A stretch of 64,000 nt of DNA from an uncultured Oscillospiraceae bacterium (GCA_934444765.1 CAKSDC010000006.1:12760-76759), one strand, 5' to 3'. Shown: positions 9,491 to 19,610, counted from the stretch's first letter. Made by a program: numbers and translations. The notes: generated by a model not told the origin, from the sequence alone.

Positions 9491-10069
9491 TTGGCTATAG
9501 ATAAGGAAAAGATAAAGTTTCATATTCGTGGACTGTTAGAGGCTCTTGGAGACGACCCAAACAGAGAAGGACTATTAGAAACTCCTGACCGTGTGGCAAG
9601 AATGTACGAAGAAGTCTTTGAGGGTATGAACTATACCAATCACGAAATAGCCGAAAAGTTCGGCAAGACTTTTAACGAAAGTATAAACAGTAGTAACTCT
9701 AAAAGCGATGCCGTAATAGTTAAGGATATCGAAATCTTCAGCTACTGCGAACATCACCTCGCATTAATGTACGATATGAAAGTATCAGTAGGATACATTC
9801 CTAATGGCAAAGTAATTGGACTAAGCAAAATAGCTCGTATATGTGATATGGTAGGCAAACGTCTACAGTTACAAGAACGCATAGGTTCAGATATTGCCGA
9901 AATCATTCAAGAAGTTACTAACTCTAAAGATGTAGGAGTATATATCAGTGGTTGTCACAGTTGCATGACTGCAAGAGGTATTAAAAAAACCTCCGCTATT
10001 ACTGAAACCTATACACTCCGTGGTAGGTTTGAAAACGAAATAATACTCCAAAATAGACTATCACATTAG
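9491..10069 (+). CDS. folE: GTP cyclohydrolase I
   Basis: [53 protein letters not shown] start with a weak SD. Confidence 0.9.
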   Translation: MAIDKEKIKFHIRGLLEALGDDPNREGLLETPDRVARMYEEVFEGMNYTNHEIAEKFGKTFNESINSSNSKSDAVIVKDIEIFSYCEHHLALMYDMKVSVGYIPNGKVIGLSKIARICDMVGKRLQLQERIGSDIAEIIQEVTNSKDVGVYISGCHSCMTARGIKKTSAITETYTLRGRFENEIILQNRLSH

Positions 10070-10084
10070 AAAGGATTATATACT

Positions 10085-10756
10085 ATGAAAGCATTAGTAC
10101 TATTTTCAGGCGGTGTAGACAGTACTACCTGTTTAGCTACCGCTATAGACAGATTTGGAAAGAATAACGTAATTGCACTATCTATAAGATACGGTCAAAA
10201 ACATATCAAAGAGATTGAAGCCTCTAACAAAATTGCTCGATACTACGACGTTGAACACATAGAATTAGACTTGACTGAAATATTCAAGTATTCTAACTGT
10301 TCTTTACTAAGCCAGTCTAACAGGGATATCCCTCATGAAAGCTATGCTGACCAGTTATCTAAAACCAACGGTAGTCCAGTATCTACCTACGTACCTTTTA
10401 GAAACGGACTATTTTTATCTTGTGCAAGTTCTATAGCACTATCTAAGGGTTGCACACGTATATATTATGGTGCTCACTCCGACGACGCAGCTGGAAACGC
10501 TTATCCTGACTGTAGCAAAAAGTTCAACGACGCTATAAGCAACGCTATATTTGAAGGTAGTGGACATCAACTATTTGTAGTAGCACCTTTTGTAGGTCTA
10601 ACTAAGAAAGAAGTAGTCGCTTTAGGTGTTAAACTACACGTACCATATCAACTAACATGGTCTTGTTATGAAGGAAAAGACGAACCTTGCAAAGTATGTG
10701 GTACTTGTCGTGACAGACGTGAGGCTTTTTTAGCTAACGGTTTAGACCTATATTAA
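10085..10756 (+). CDS. queC: 7-cyano-7-deazaguanine synthase
   Basis: PP-loop LFSGGVDSTT and a C-terminal Zn site CYEG...CKVCGTCRDR. Confidence 0.93.
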   Translation: MKALVLFSGGVDSTTCLATAIDRFGKNNVIALSIRYGQKHIKEIEASNKIARYYDVEHIELDLTEIFKYSNCSLLSQSNRDIPHESYADQLSKTNGSPVSTYVPFRNGLFLSCASSIALSKGCTRIYYGAHSDDAAGNAYPDCSKKFNDAISNAIFEGSGHQLFVVAPFVGLTKKEVVALGVKLHVPYQLTWSCYEGKDEPCKVCGTCRDRREAFLANGLDLY

Positions 10757-10775
10757 ATAATATGGAGGACTTTTA

Positions 10776-11273
10776 ATGGAAGGAAGAAACACTCAAGAAA
10801 AAGAAGGTATTACCCTATTAGGTAATCAAGGAACTAAGTATCCTACAGACTATGCACCACAGGTATTAGAAACTTTTATCAATAAACATCAGGATAATGA
10901 TTACTTTGTTAAGTTCAACTGTCCAGAGTTTACCAGTCTATGCCCTATTACTTCTCAACCAGACTTTGCTACTATATATATTTCCTATGTACCGTCTGTT
11001 AGAATGGTAGAAAGTAAGTCTTTAAAGCTATACCTATATAGTTTTAGAAATCATGGAGACTTTCACGAAGACTGCGTAAACATAATAATGAAGGACTTAA
11101 TAAAACTCATGGACCCTAAATATATCGAAGTTTGGGGAAAGTTCACACCAAGAGGCGGAATATCCATAGACCCATATTGCAACTACGGAAAAAAAGGTAC
11201 GGTATGGGAAAAAGTAGCTTTTGATAGGCTGACTAATCACGATATGTATCCTGAAAAAGTAGATAACAGATAA
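10776..11273 (+). CDS. queF: NADPH-dependent 7-cyano-7-deazaguanine reductase (type I)
   Basis: 165 aa with [13 protein letters not shown] (catalytic Cys) and [13 protein letters not shown] motifs. Confidence 0.9.
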   Translation: MEGRNTQEKEGITLLGNQGTKYPTDYAPQVLETFINKHQDNDYFVKFNCPEFTSLCPITSQPDFATIYISYVPSVRMVESKSLKLYLYSFRNHGDFHEDCVNIIMKDLIKLMDPKYIEVWGKFTPRGGISIDPYCNYGKKGTVWEKVAFDRLTNHDMYPEKVDNR

Positions 11274-11281
11274 TACAAAAA

Positions 11282-11313
11282 ATAGTGCTATCTTTAACTT
11301 AAGATAGCACTAT
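11282..11313. terminator. bidirectional terminator between convergent queF and the DUF4190-like gene
   Basis: ATAGTGCTATCTT/AAGATAGCACTAT hairpin flanked by an A-run (left) and a T-rich run (right). Confidence 0.7.
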
Positions 11314-11331
11314 TATTATCGATAATGACTA

Positions 11332-11793
11332 TTATTCTTCTGTATCGGTATAACCGCTCACGTAACCGTCCATGAACTGTTTAGCTACTTCTTCATTACC
11401 GCCGAACATATCCAATATTATATCAGGAATCTGTCCGCTTTGCTGATACTCTTGTACGTATTGGTCTTGATTTGCTACGAAAGCCTCCATATTTTGAATA
11501 TAAGGCTTACATAGTACTAATATAGCTATAGACATTAGTACGCCTACTACTGAAGTAACTATTCCCGCTATGGCAAAAGATTTGCCTTTCTTTTTTTGCA
11601 CTAATACTATTACACCTAATATAATAGATACTATAGCTAAAGGAATAGAGCCACAGTAGACAAAGCAACATACTAACGATAGTATACCTAATACCATAGA
11701 AGTTATAGCCAAACCAGAAGAACCTTTAGATTGGTCATCGGATTGATTGCCTAAGTTATAAGCGTTGTTATACTGATTAGGGTTAAAACTCAT
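11332..11793 (-). CDS. small membrane protein, DUF4190-like
   Basis: Two hydrophobic segments (GLAITSMVLGILSLVCCFVY..., FAIAGIVTSVVGVLMSIAILV) after an N/Q-rich N-terminus. Confidence 0.5.
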   Translation of the reverse strand: MSFNPNQYNNAYNLGNQSDDQSKGSSGLAITSMVLGILSLVCCFVYCGSIPLAIVSIILGVIVLVQKKKGKSFAIAGIVTSVVGVLMSIAILVLCKPYIQNMEAFVANQDQYVQEYQQSGQIPDIILDMFGGNEEVAKQFMDGYVSGYTDTEE

Positions 11794-11819
11794 AATAAAA
11801 ACCGCCTTTCAAAAATATA

Positions 11820-12764
11820 TTACCATTTTAGAGTGTGTAGGTCTTGTAAGTTAAAAGGTGTCCTTTGATATACACAGTAGTTAAGCCAGTTAGAGAACAT
11901 CAAATTAGCATGACAACGCCACCTAAACACAGGAGTATTCTTAGGGTTATCGTCTGGAAAATAGTTATAAGGAACTTTAATATCCAAACCTTTTTCAACG
12001 TCTCTAAAGTATTCGTTAGCTAAGGTCAGCCTGTCGTATTCGCTATGTCCCATAATAAAGTACTGTCTTCCGTTGCTATTAGCTACCGAATGTATACCAC
12101 ATATAGGAGAATAAGCCAACACTTTTAAGTGTGAAACCTTTTCTATATCTTCCCTTTTAACTTCGGTGTGTCTGGAATGTGGAGCTAAAAAGCCCTCATC
12201 AAAGCCGTTTAGTAGTTGAGAGGTTACACTCTCTACGATGTGAGGATATATTCCAAACACTTTTTCTTTTAAAGTGTACTTAGGAATACCAAAGTGATAG
12301 TATAGTCCAGCCTGAGCGCCCCAACATATATGCATAGTAGAAAATACGTTAGTTTTAGACCATTCTAATATTTCGCAAAGTTCTTGCCAATAGTCCACTT
12401 CTTCAAAAGGTAGCAACTCAACAGGAGCGCCAGTAACTATTAAGCCGTCGTAAAAACTATCTTTAACCTCATCAAACGTTCTATAAAAGCTAACCAAGTG
12501 ATTTTCAGGAGTATTTTTTGCCCTATGAGATTTCACGTGCATTAGTTCAACGTCCACTTGTAACGGAGTATTACTTAATAGCCTCATAATTTGAGTTTCC
12601 GTTTCAATCTTCTTAGGCATTAGGTTAAGAATAATAATCTTTAAAGGTCTAATATCTTGAGTATCTGCTCTTAGATTAGACATTACAAATATATTTTCCA
12701 TGCTAAGTGTTTCAAAAGCAGGTAACTCTTTAGAAATTCTAATAGGAATATTAATCACTTCCAA
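11820..12764 (-). CDS. metA: homoserine O-acyltransferase (MetA family)
   Basis: [30 protein letters not shown]. The exact start is uncertain (TTG at 12764). Confidence 0.9.
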   Translation of the reverse strand: MEVINIPIRISKELPAFETLSMENIFVMSNLRADTQDIRPLKIIILNLMPKKIETETQIMRLLSNTPLQVDVELMHVKSHRAKNTPENHLVSFYRTFDEVKDSFYDGLIVTGAPVELLPFEEVDYWQELCEILEWSKTNVFSTMHICWGAQAGLYYHFGIPKYTLKEKVFGIYPHIVESVTSQLLNGFDEGFLAPHSRHTEVKREDIEKVSHLKVLAYSPICGIHSVANSNGRQYFIMGHSEYDRLTLANEYFRDVEKGLDIKVPYNYFPDDNPKNTPVFRWRCHANLMFSNWLNYCVYQRTPFNLQDLHTLKW

Positions 12765-12854
12765 TCAAATAGTGTATATGCTGTATAATGGGCATATAGA
12801 TACACCTACAGTAAGAATATACCAAATGTACATTAATACAACATTAAAACTATG

Positions 12855-12891
12855 CTACAAACGGGCAGATAGTAGGTAAAAAATCTGCCCG
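12855..12891 (-). terminator. terminator after the carboxyltransferase operon
   Basis: CGGGCAGAT/ATCTGCCCG hairpin (12862-12891) followed on the minus strand by TTTGT. Confidence 0.55.
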
Positions 12892-12925
12892 ATAGTAGTA
12901 TATTTAGTTAATAACTATATACTTG

Positions 12926-14326
12926 TTATAGTGGGTGAACTTGCTTTTCAGCGTCACCATGCTTGCTATCAACACCATACTTAGCGTCTCTTCTGTTCTT
13001 AAAGAACTTAACAGCTACTTGACCAAATTGAGCGTAGCTTAGTACGTCTTCATCTTGTTCAATCCATTCTGCACATTCTTTACGAAGTTTTTCTAACTCT
13101 GGCTTTAATAAGTCAGCAGGACGGCAATCGATAGGTTCAGCGTCGCCTATAATCTTCTTTCTAAATGCTGGGTCTATAGGTACAGGAGTCTTACCGTATT
13201 CGCCTCTAACTATGCCCTTAAATTCCTTAGTAACGGTCTTGTATCTTTCGCCAGTAAGAACGTTAAATACAGCCTGAGTACCTACTATTTGAGAAGATGG
13301 AGTAACAAGAGGTGGTTCACCAGCGTCGTGACGTACTCTTGGAACTTCCTTTAGTACTTCGGTTAGTAAGTCTTCCTTACCTGCTTGCTTTAATTGAGAT
13401 AGTAGGTTAGATAGCATACCACCTGGAACTTGATAGATAAGAGCGTTAGCATCGGTAGCTAACATCTTAGGGTCTAATAGACCGCTGTCGATATACTTTT
13501 TACGTAGAGTCATAAAGTAGTCTCTAATTTCATTTAGTAGTACTAAGTCAAGACCAGTATCATAAGGAGTACCCTGTAATGCAGCTACTATAGATTCAGT
13601 AGGAGCATGAGAAGTACCTAAAGCTAATGGTGACATAGCAGTATCTACTACGTCTACACCAGCTTCTACACCCTTTAGTAGACACATAGAAGCTAAACCA
13701 GAGGTATAGTGTGTATGTAGTTGAATAGGAATTTCTATTTCCTTTTTAAGAGCAGTTACTAACTCTTGAGTTCTGTAAGGAGTTAATAGTGCTGCCATAT
13801 CCTTAATACATATAGAGTCTGCACCAGCTTCTTGAATCTGCTTAGCGTAGTCTACATAGTATTGGTCAGTAAATACGTCACCAAGAGTAAAGGACATAGC
13901 TACTTGAGTATGAGCGCCCTCTTTTTTAGCAGACTTAATAGCAGTCTGTAAGTTTCTAATATCGTTAAGAGCGTCGAAAATTCTAATGATATCAATACCA
14001 TTAGCTACAGACTTTTGTACAAAGTATTCAAGTACGTCATCAGCGTAGTGACGATATCCAAGCATATTTTGACCTCTAAATAGCATCTGTAACTTAGTAT
14101 TCTTAAAATGAGCCTTTAAAGTACGAAGTCTTTCCCAAGGGTCTTCATTTAAAAAACGTAGACAGGAATCGAAAGTGGCACCGCCCCAACACTCTACAGA
14201 GTAATAGCCAACCTTGTCCATCTTATCAAGGATAGGTAGCATATCGTCCATAGTCATTCTTGTAGCTATAAGTGATTGATGAGCGTCACGCAATACGGTT
14301 TCAGTAATTCCAACCTTTTTAGCCAT
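12926..14326 (-). CDS. biotin-dependent carboxyltransferase, 5S / oxaloacetate-decarboxylase-alpha-type subunit (no fused biotinyl domain)
   Basis: TETVLRDAHQSL, ICIKDMAALLTP, HTHYTSGLA; 466 aa. Confidence 0.85.
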   Translation of the reverse strand: MAKKVGITETVLRDAHQSLIATRMTMDDMLPILDKMDKVGYYSVECWGGATFDSCLRFLNEDPWERLRTLKAHFKNTKLQMLFRGQNMLGYRHYADDVLEYFVQKSVANGIDIIRIFDALNDIRNLQTAIKSAKKEGAHTQVAMSFTLGDVFTDQYYVDYAKQIQEAGADSICIKDMAALLTPYRTQELVTALKKEIEIPIQLHTHYTSGLASMCLLKGVEAGVDVVDTAMSPLALGTSHAPTESIVAALQGTPYDTGLDLVLLNEIRDYFMTLRKKYIDSGLLDPKMLATDANALIYQVPGGMLSNLLSQLKQAGKEDLLTEVLKEVPRVRHDAGEPPLVTPSSQIVGTQAVFNVLTGERYKTVTKEFKGIVRGEYGKTPVPIDPAFRKKIIGDAEPIDCRPADLLKPELEKLRKECAEWIEQDEDVLSYAQFGQVAVKFFKNRRDAKYGVDSKHGDAEKQVHPL

Positions 14327-14355
14327 AGTATAAATAACCGCCTTTCAAAAATATA

Positions 14356-14721
14356 TTATTGTACTGTAGCAAGAGTATCAGCAGAGTTTACTTGGTCGCC
14401 CTTCTTAACAGTAACACTGGTAATCTTGCCATCGCAAGGAGCTACTATGTCATTTTCCATCTTCATAGCTTCAAGAACCATAATAGCTTGACCCTTAGTA
14501 ACGGTATCGCCAACGTTTACCTTAACGTCTAAGATAGTACCAGGCATAGGAGCAGTAACCTTTTCGCCTGCACCTGCTGGAGCTGGAGCAGTGGCTGGAG
14601 CTGGAGCTGGCTTAGGAGCGGATACAGGAGCAGTAGCTACTACAGGAGCAGAACCGTCTGTAACTTCTTCAACAGCAACGTCGTATGCTTTACCATTAAC
14701 AGTTATATTAAATCTTTTCAT
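14356..14721 (-). CDS. biotin carboxyl carrier protein (1.3S-type)
   Basis: 121 aa: MKRFNITVNGKAYDV, an Ala/Pro linker, and the EAMKMEN biotinylation motif. Confidence 0.9.
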   Translation of the reverse strand: MKRFNITVNGKAYDVAVEEVTDGSAPVVATAPVSAPKPAPAPATAPAPAGAGEKVTAPMPGTILDVKVNVGDTVTKGQAIMVLEAMKMENDIVAPCDGKITSVTVKKGDQVNSADTLATVQ

Positions 14722-14835
14722 AATTAAAATACCACCAATCTATGTTATTGTACAGTATGCAGTATGACTGCGTACCAACGTAATTATATAGCCTAAATAG
14801 ATATAGTATGTAGGCCTATTAATATATATACACTA

Positions 14836-16185
14836 CTAAAGAGTAATGTTACTATGCTTTTTAGATAGAGTTTCTACTCTCTTAGAAGATAGTATGTCTA
14901 ATGCAGAAACGAGTACCTTTCTGGTTTCAGTAGAAGCTATAACTTCATCTATAGCACCTTTTTCGGCACTAATCATAGCGTTAGCCTTAGAAGTTTCGTA
15001 TTCCTTAGCTAACTTTTCTCTTTCTGCCTTAACGTCTACAGCACCCTTTAACTTATCGTGCCATAAAAATTCTACGGCAGTAATAGGAGCTAATGGAGAG
15101 ATTACTGCACTATCCCAAGCGTAAGTAAAGTCAGCGTCTGCCGATTTACCAGCCATGGCAGTAAATACTACACCGTAAGCCTTGCCAGTAACTATAGATA
15201 TCTTAACAGTAGTAGCTTCGGCGTAAGCGTCAGCAAGTTTAGTCATATTTCTTACTGCACTGTTGCACTTATTAGAGTTTTCAAAACCTTCGGAATTTAA
15301 TAGAGTAACTACTGGAATAGAGAAAGCGTCGCACATTCTAACAAAACGAGCAATTTTAGAGCAGTCTGCTGAGTTTAGCTTGTCAGAAGTCTTATCAGTA
15401 CCTACTATACCTACAGTAGCACCACCGATAGTAGCTAATGCAGTGTAAGAAGCCTTTCCAAAGCCGTCGGAAAGTTCTACTACGCTATCATCATCGGCTA
15501 TAGCCTTAGCTATAGAAGTAACGTCTTTACCCATAGCGTTAGTAGGTTCAGCGTATTCAAACTGTGGTAGAGCAGAAATATTATTAACAGGCATTAAGTT
15601 AAGAATGCTCTTAACCTTTTTGATAGCCTCTTCTTCGGTAGAACATACTGAAGTAGCTACACCACTTTGCATAGCATTTTTAGCAGTACCAGCACCAGTC
15701 TTATCGCCGTCTGCTACAGGAGTAACAAATAGTTCGCTACCTTCTGTCATAACTACAAAGTCAGAAGTGCAAGCTAATATAGCTGAACTACCAGCACAAG
15801 TACCCATAATTAAAGAGATTTGTGGAACTACACCAGATACTACGGCTGAAGCATTAATCATTTTACCGTAAGCAGTAAGAGTATCAACGTCCACGTAAGC
15901 ACCGTTAGAATCGTATATACCTACTACTGGTGTACCAGTTTTAGCGGATAGAGAGTACATCTTAGCAATCTTATCAGCTTGAGCCATACCTATTGCACCG
16001 CCATTTACAGACTTATCTTGTGCGTAGGCATAGACAGGGTTTCCGTTTACGTAGCCATAAGCAGTAACTACGCCAGAAAGACTTTCTTTTTGCTTTAAAG
16101 CTGAACCAATTTGAGTAAATGCACCGTCATCAAAGAGCATTTCTAATCTTTGAACAGCCGTCAAGTTAGAATTATTATTCTGCAT
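14836..16185 (-). CDS. acyl-CoA carboxyltransferase subunit (12S / methylmalonyl-CoA decarboxylase alpha-like)
   Basis: Carboxyl-transferase domain pair. I moved the start to ATG 16185 (MQNNNSNLTAVQRLEMLFDDG), which follows a GGAAGGAAG SD, rather than the longer track ORF. Confidence 0.8.
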   Translation of the reverse strand: MQNNNSNLTAVQRLEMLFDDGAFTQIGSALKQKESLSGVVTAYGYVNGNPVYAYAQDKSVNGGAIGMAQADKIAKMYSLSAKTGTPVVGIYDSNGAYVDVDTLTAYGKMINASAVVSGVVPQISLIMGTCAGSSAILACTSDFVVMTEGSELFVTPVADGDKTGAGTAKNAMQSGVATSVCSTEEEAIKKVKSILNLMPVNNISALPQFEYAEPTNAMGKDVTSIAKAIADDDSVVELSDGFGKASYTALATIGGATVGIVGTDKTSDKLNSADCSKIARFVRMCDAFSIPVVTLLNSEGFENSNKCNSAVRNMTKLADAYAEATTVKISIVTGKAYGVVFTAMAGKSADADFTYAWDSAVISPLAPITAVEFLWHDKLKGAVDVKAEREKLAKEYETSKANAMISAEKGAIDEVIASTETRKVLVSALDILSSKRVETLSKKHSNITL

Positions 16186-16396
16186 ACTTATTTCTTCCTT
16201 CCTTTTCAGAGCAATAATTAATATAGATGCACTATGGCAAAATCTCTGATAATAATTCAATATACACTTTAATATTACCACATTTTCAAAGAATTTTCAA
16301 GTGTAAAATAGTAATGTTCATAAATTATTTATATTCCATAGTATTAACCAATAGATACTATATTTTTTAATACTAATAGTGATATATAGTAGAATA

Positions 16397-17122
16397 TTAA
16401 TCTTCTTTACCTATAGCGTTTCTAATAGCTCTAAGTTCGTTAGGAGTAAGATTTCGCCACGTACCAGGTTTTAGCATACCCAACTTTAAAGGGCCTATAC
16501 TAATTCTTCTTAAACGAGCGACTTCTAAGCCTACGGCTTCGCACATCTTTCTAATCTGTCTGTTTCTACCTTCACGGATAGTAATAAGTAGTACCACACG
16601 ATTTTCTTCTTTAGTTACTACGTTCACAGTAGCAGGAAGTGTCATCTTGCCGTCTATTTCTATACCCGTGCTTAGTTGTAAAAGTTGTTCTTCGTCTATG
16701 CTTGGTCTTACAGTAACACGATACGTTTTAGAGATATGCTTGCTTGGGTGCATAATATCGTTAGCGAACTTACCGTCGTTAGTGAACAGTAGTAGACCTT
16801 CGGTATTCTTATCCAACCTACCTACAGGATATACACGTTCTTCTACACCTTGAAGTAGTTCAGTAACGCACTTTCTACCCAACTCATCGGACATGGTAGT
16901 TACATAGCCTCTTGGCTTGTTTAACATGATGTATTGTAGGTCTTTCTTTTTAGGTACGAATATTCTTTCGCCGTCTACAGTTATAACGTCCTTATAGGTA
17001 GCCTTATCGCCAAGTTTGACTGGTCTACCGTTTAGTTTAACTCTATTAGCGGATATAAGTTCTTCTGCCTTTCTACGGGAGCAGTAACCTGCATCTGCTA
17101 TAATTTTTTGTATTCTTTCCAT
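16397..17122 (-). CDS. rluB: pseudouridine synthase, RsuA/RluB family
   Basis: N-terminal S4 domain (RIQKIIADAGYCSRRKAEELI) and GRLDKNTEGLLLFTNDG. Confidence 0.85.
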   Translation of the reverse strand: MERIQKIIADAGYCSRRKAEELISANRVKLNGRPVKLGDKATYKDVITVDGERIFVPKKKDLQYIMLNKPRGYVTTMSDELGRKCVTELLQGVEERVYPVGRLDKNTEGLLLFTNDGKFANDIMHPSKHISKTYRVTVRPSIDEEQLLQLSTGIEIDGKMTLPATVNVVTKEENRVVLLITIREGRNRQIRKMCEAVGLEVARLRRISIGPLKLGMLKPGTWRNLTPNELRAIRNAIGKED

Positions 17123-17209
17123 AGTTAAGTCCTTTCAAGTATAGTATATGTAAGGAACGCTTTAGCTTTTTAATACGTTCCCCACATACTAATATAGTCG
17201 TGATAGTAG

Positions 17210-18328
17210 CTATATACTATATAGCCACTTAAACAGTCTATCTTTTATAGATAGTTCTACAGTAGTAGTATCTTTAGATACGTTTTGACAGGCTACTAAG
17301 TCGGAAGTAGCTACCACTTGACCGTCTATGCGATATTCAGCATATCCTAACACTTCGCCACACTCTATAGGAGCGTACACAAAGTTAGCCGTATGAATGG
17401 TAACAGAGTATTCCACGTTAGAACCGTCTATATTAGGTATGGAAATACTCTCCTTACACTGTAAAGATACACTATCTGTAGTTCCGCCCACTACGTTGAT
17501 ACTAAAAGTATCCGATACCGTTTGCGACGATACCTTAGAAAATCCGTAATCGTATAGTGACATATGGTCGTTCCAATCGTTAGGAGCGTTAAGAGTTACT
17601 ACTATTAGAGTAACACCGTTACGTTCACAAGCGGATACTAAACATCTTCCCGCATCGTCCGTAAAGCCAGTCTTAACCCCTATAACGCCGTCGTACATAT
17701 TGAGCAACTTGTTGGAGTTTTTAAGCCACCTATCATATGGAGGATTTCCAAAGTGTACCTGTGCTGAAGACTGCCTACAAATTTCTCTAAAGTCTGGATT
17801 TTTTAGAGCCTCTTTAGTCAGTATAGCCATATCGTAAGCAGTAGAAGAGTGTCCGCCCTCATCTAAACCCGACGGTGTGACGAACAGTGTATTCTTCATA
17901 CCTATAGACTTAGCACGGTCATTCATCAGTTCAACAAAGCGTTCTATAGAACCTGCAACTTTTACGGCTGTAGCGTTAGCACTATCGTTTCCAGAAGGTA
18001 GTAGCATACCATAACATAACGCACGCTTGGTAACTATATCGCCTTCCACTAATCCCATAGAAGAACCTTCCACTTTAATAGCTTCGCTATCCACTACAAA
18101 AGGAGTATCTAAGTCGCCACTTTCCAAACATAGTAGAGTAGTCATTATCTTAGTAGTGCTTGCCATAGGTAATACTTCGTCAGGATTTTTGCTATATATA
18201 ACGTTTCCAGAAGTAGCCTCTAACATAACGCAAGCCTTAGCAGAAACTTCTAAAGCGTACGGTCTTATATTGCACATAGTTAATATCAAGTACACACTAC
18301 TAACTACTATAGCTATAAACTTTTTCAT
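17210..18328 (-). CDS. D-alanyl-D-alanine carboxypeptidase (S11, DacB/DacF-like)
   Basis: Signal peptide plus SxxK (ASTTK), SGN and KTG motifs. Confidence 0.85.
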   Translation of the reverse strand: MKKFIAIVVSSVYLILTMCNIRPYALEVSAKACVMLEATSGNVIYSKNPDEVLPMASTTKIMTTLLCLESGDLDTPFVVDSEAIKVEGSSMGLVEGDIVTKRALCYGMLLPSGNDSANATAVKVAGSIERFVELMNDRAKSIGMKNTLFVTPSGLDEGGHSSTAYDMAILTKEALKNPDFREICRQSSAQVHFGNPPYDRWLKNSNKLLNMYDGVIGVKTGFTDDAGRCLVSACERNGVTLIVVTLNAPNDWNDHMSLYDYGFSKVSSQTVSDTFSINVVGGTTDSVSLQCKESISIPNIDGSNVEYSVTIHTANFVYAPIECGEVLGYAEYRIDGQVVATSDLVACQNVSKDTTTVELSIKDRLFKWLYSI

Positions 18329-18330
18329 AG

Positions 18331-18374
18331 TATTCCCCCTTTATAGATAATCTATGGAAGTATAAGGGGGAATA
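18331..18374 (-). promoter_or_regulatory. strong hairpin containing the SD of the D,D-carboxypeptidase gene
   Basis: Arms 18331-18345 and 18361-18374 pair (14 bp, one bulge). The promoter-distal arm on the minus strand is AAAGGGGGAATA, which is the only SD in front of ATG 18328. Confidence 0.5.
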
Positions 18375-18387
18375 TTCATACTATTAA

Positions 18388-18837
18388 TTAATCGTTAGTA
18401 TCTTGTGGTTCTTCTATCGTTTTAGAATTTAGGTCTACTTTTTTAGTCTTAAACTTTTCCTTTTTAGAACCGTCCTTGTCATCTTTTTTGATAATATCCA
18501 TAACCTTGTCTATCATTTCAGGAAGTTTATTGATAATAACACTCTCTTTAGAAGCGTTCATAGTCATCTCTTTAACTTCAGCAGTACCGTTAGGATATAC
18601 TATCAAAAATCCTAAAGGTTGAACGGATACCCCAGCACCTGAACCGCCTGCAAAGAGTTCATTATCAGCGGTTTTTTTAGGTAAATCAGAACCACCTGAT
18701 GCAAAACCATAGGATATCTTAGAAATAGGTATAATAGTAGTACCGTTAGGTGTACTTATTGGATTACCTATAACAGTATCAGCGTCGACCATATCTTTTA
18801 GTTTGTCCATAGTCACGCCCATAACGTCTTTTAACAT
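18388..18837 (-). CDS. ytfJ: sporulation protein YtfJ (GerW family)
   Basis: DTVIGNPISTPNGTTIIPISKISYGFASGGSD...GSGAGVSVQPLGFL. Confidence 0.85.
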   Translation of the reverse strand: MLKDVMGVTMDKLKDMVDADTVIGNPISTPNGTTIIPISKISYGFASGGSDLPKKTADNELFAGGSGAGVSVQPLGFLIVYPNGTAEVKEMTMNASKESVIINKLPEMIDKVMDIIKKDDKDGSKKEKFKTKKVDLNSKTIEEPQDTND

Positions 18838-18854
18838 TGACTTTTCCTCCTTAA

Positions 18855-19610
18855 TTATAACATATCGTTATCCTGTAGTACTGGGATAACCTTTAGTATT
18901 ATAGCTACTACTTGAACTATACCACTACCCAAACCTAATTGAACCTTAAAAGATACATCATATACTCCCACATTACTATTATACTTAGGTTGAATAGATA
19001 TCTTCTTCTTTTTAATCTTAACATACTGATTGAGTATACTCAACGTTGGATATAGTATAGCGTTTATCTTTCCGAACTTTAGGGCACATTCGCAAGCGTC
19101 TTCATCTGCTACTAAGAAGTCTATATATAAATCCTTAACCTTTAGACTTTTTATAAACACTCCTAATTTAGATACTATAATCTTTAGGATATCCAAAACT
19201 ATATCTAAGTTGGATATCAAGTCTTCAAAGTCCATACTGTCTGTGGAAACTTTAGACTTAGACTTAGTTTTAACTTCCGTTTTGGAAGTTGCTTTGCTAT
19301 CAGATTTAGGCTTAGAAGTGGAACTTTTCGGTTTAGACTTAACGTCGCTACTATTAGTAGAAGGTTTACTATTAGACTGGTTACTCTTATTCTTAGTCTT
19401 AGACTTATGCTTAGACTTAGAAGTCTTCTTTTTTTTAATATTTTTCAGTCTGTTTAGACCGTACTTATTGGGTTCTGTAACAGAATACAGTGTAAACATA
19501 GCATACTTAACCTTACAGTCTAAAGAACCATCTATATATTTGAAGTCTAAATATACTGGCAACCATAGTAATACTATAAGCAGTATTAACACTATAATGA
19601 ATACTATCAA
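18855..19610 (-). CDS. YtfI-like (DUF2953) sporulation-associated membrane protein with a K/S-rich low-complexity insert
   Basis: N-terminal TM segment, position directly upstream of ytfJ, TTG start after an AAAGGTGG SD. Confidence 0.5.
   Translation of the reverse strand: MIVFIIVLILLIVLLWLPVYLDFKYIDGSLDCKVKYAMFTLYSVTEPNKYGLNRLKNIKKKKTSKSKHKSKTKNKSNQSNSKPSTNSSDVKSKPKSSTSKPKSDSKATSKTEVKTKSKSKVSTDSMDFEDLISNLDIVLDILKIIVSKLGVFIKSLKVKDLYIDFLVADEDACECALKFGKINAILYPTLSILNQYVKIKKKKISIQPKYNSNVGVYDVSFKVQLGLGSGIVQVVAIILKVIPVLQDNDML

Noticed and set aside
11274-11331. Possible dif/terminus site at the point where gene orientation converges
   Set aside because: The sequence is a simple bidirectional terminator hairpin and bears no resemblance to the Firmicute dif consensus I remember. 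pheS at the left edge is already on the minus strand, so this is not a clean replichore switch.
12765-12925. Possible SAM riboswitch or Met T-box upstream of metA
   Set aside because: About 160 nt are available, and part of that is the terminator of the upstream operon. No S-box or T-box core sequences were seen.
19230-19440. Repetitive DNA (CTTAGAC / TTAGACTT-type units) that superficially looks like a short repeat array
   Set aside because: The units are irregular, lack unique spacers and encode the in-frame KSKxK/STS low-complexity linker of the YtfI-like protein. This is not a CRISPR array or a regulatory repeat.
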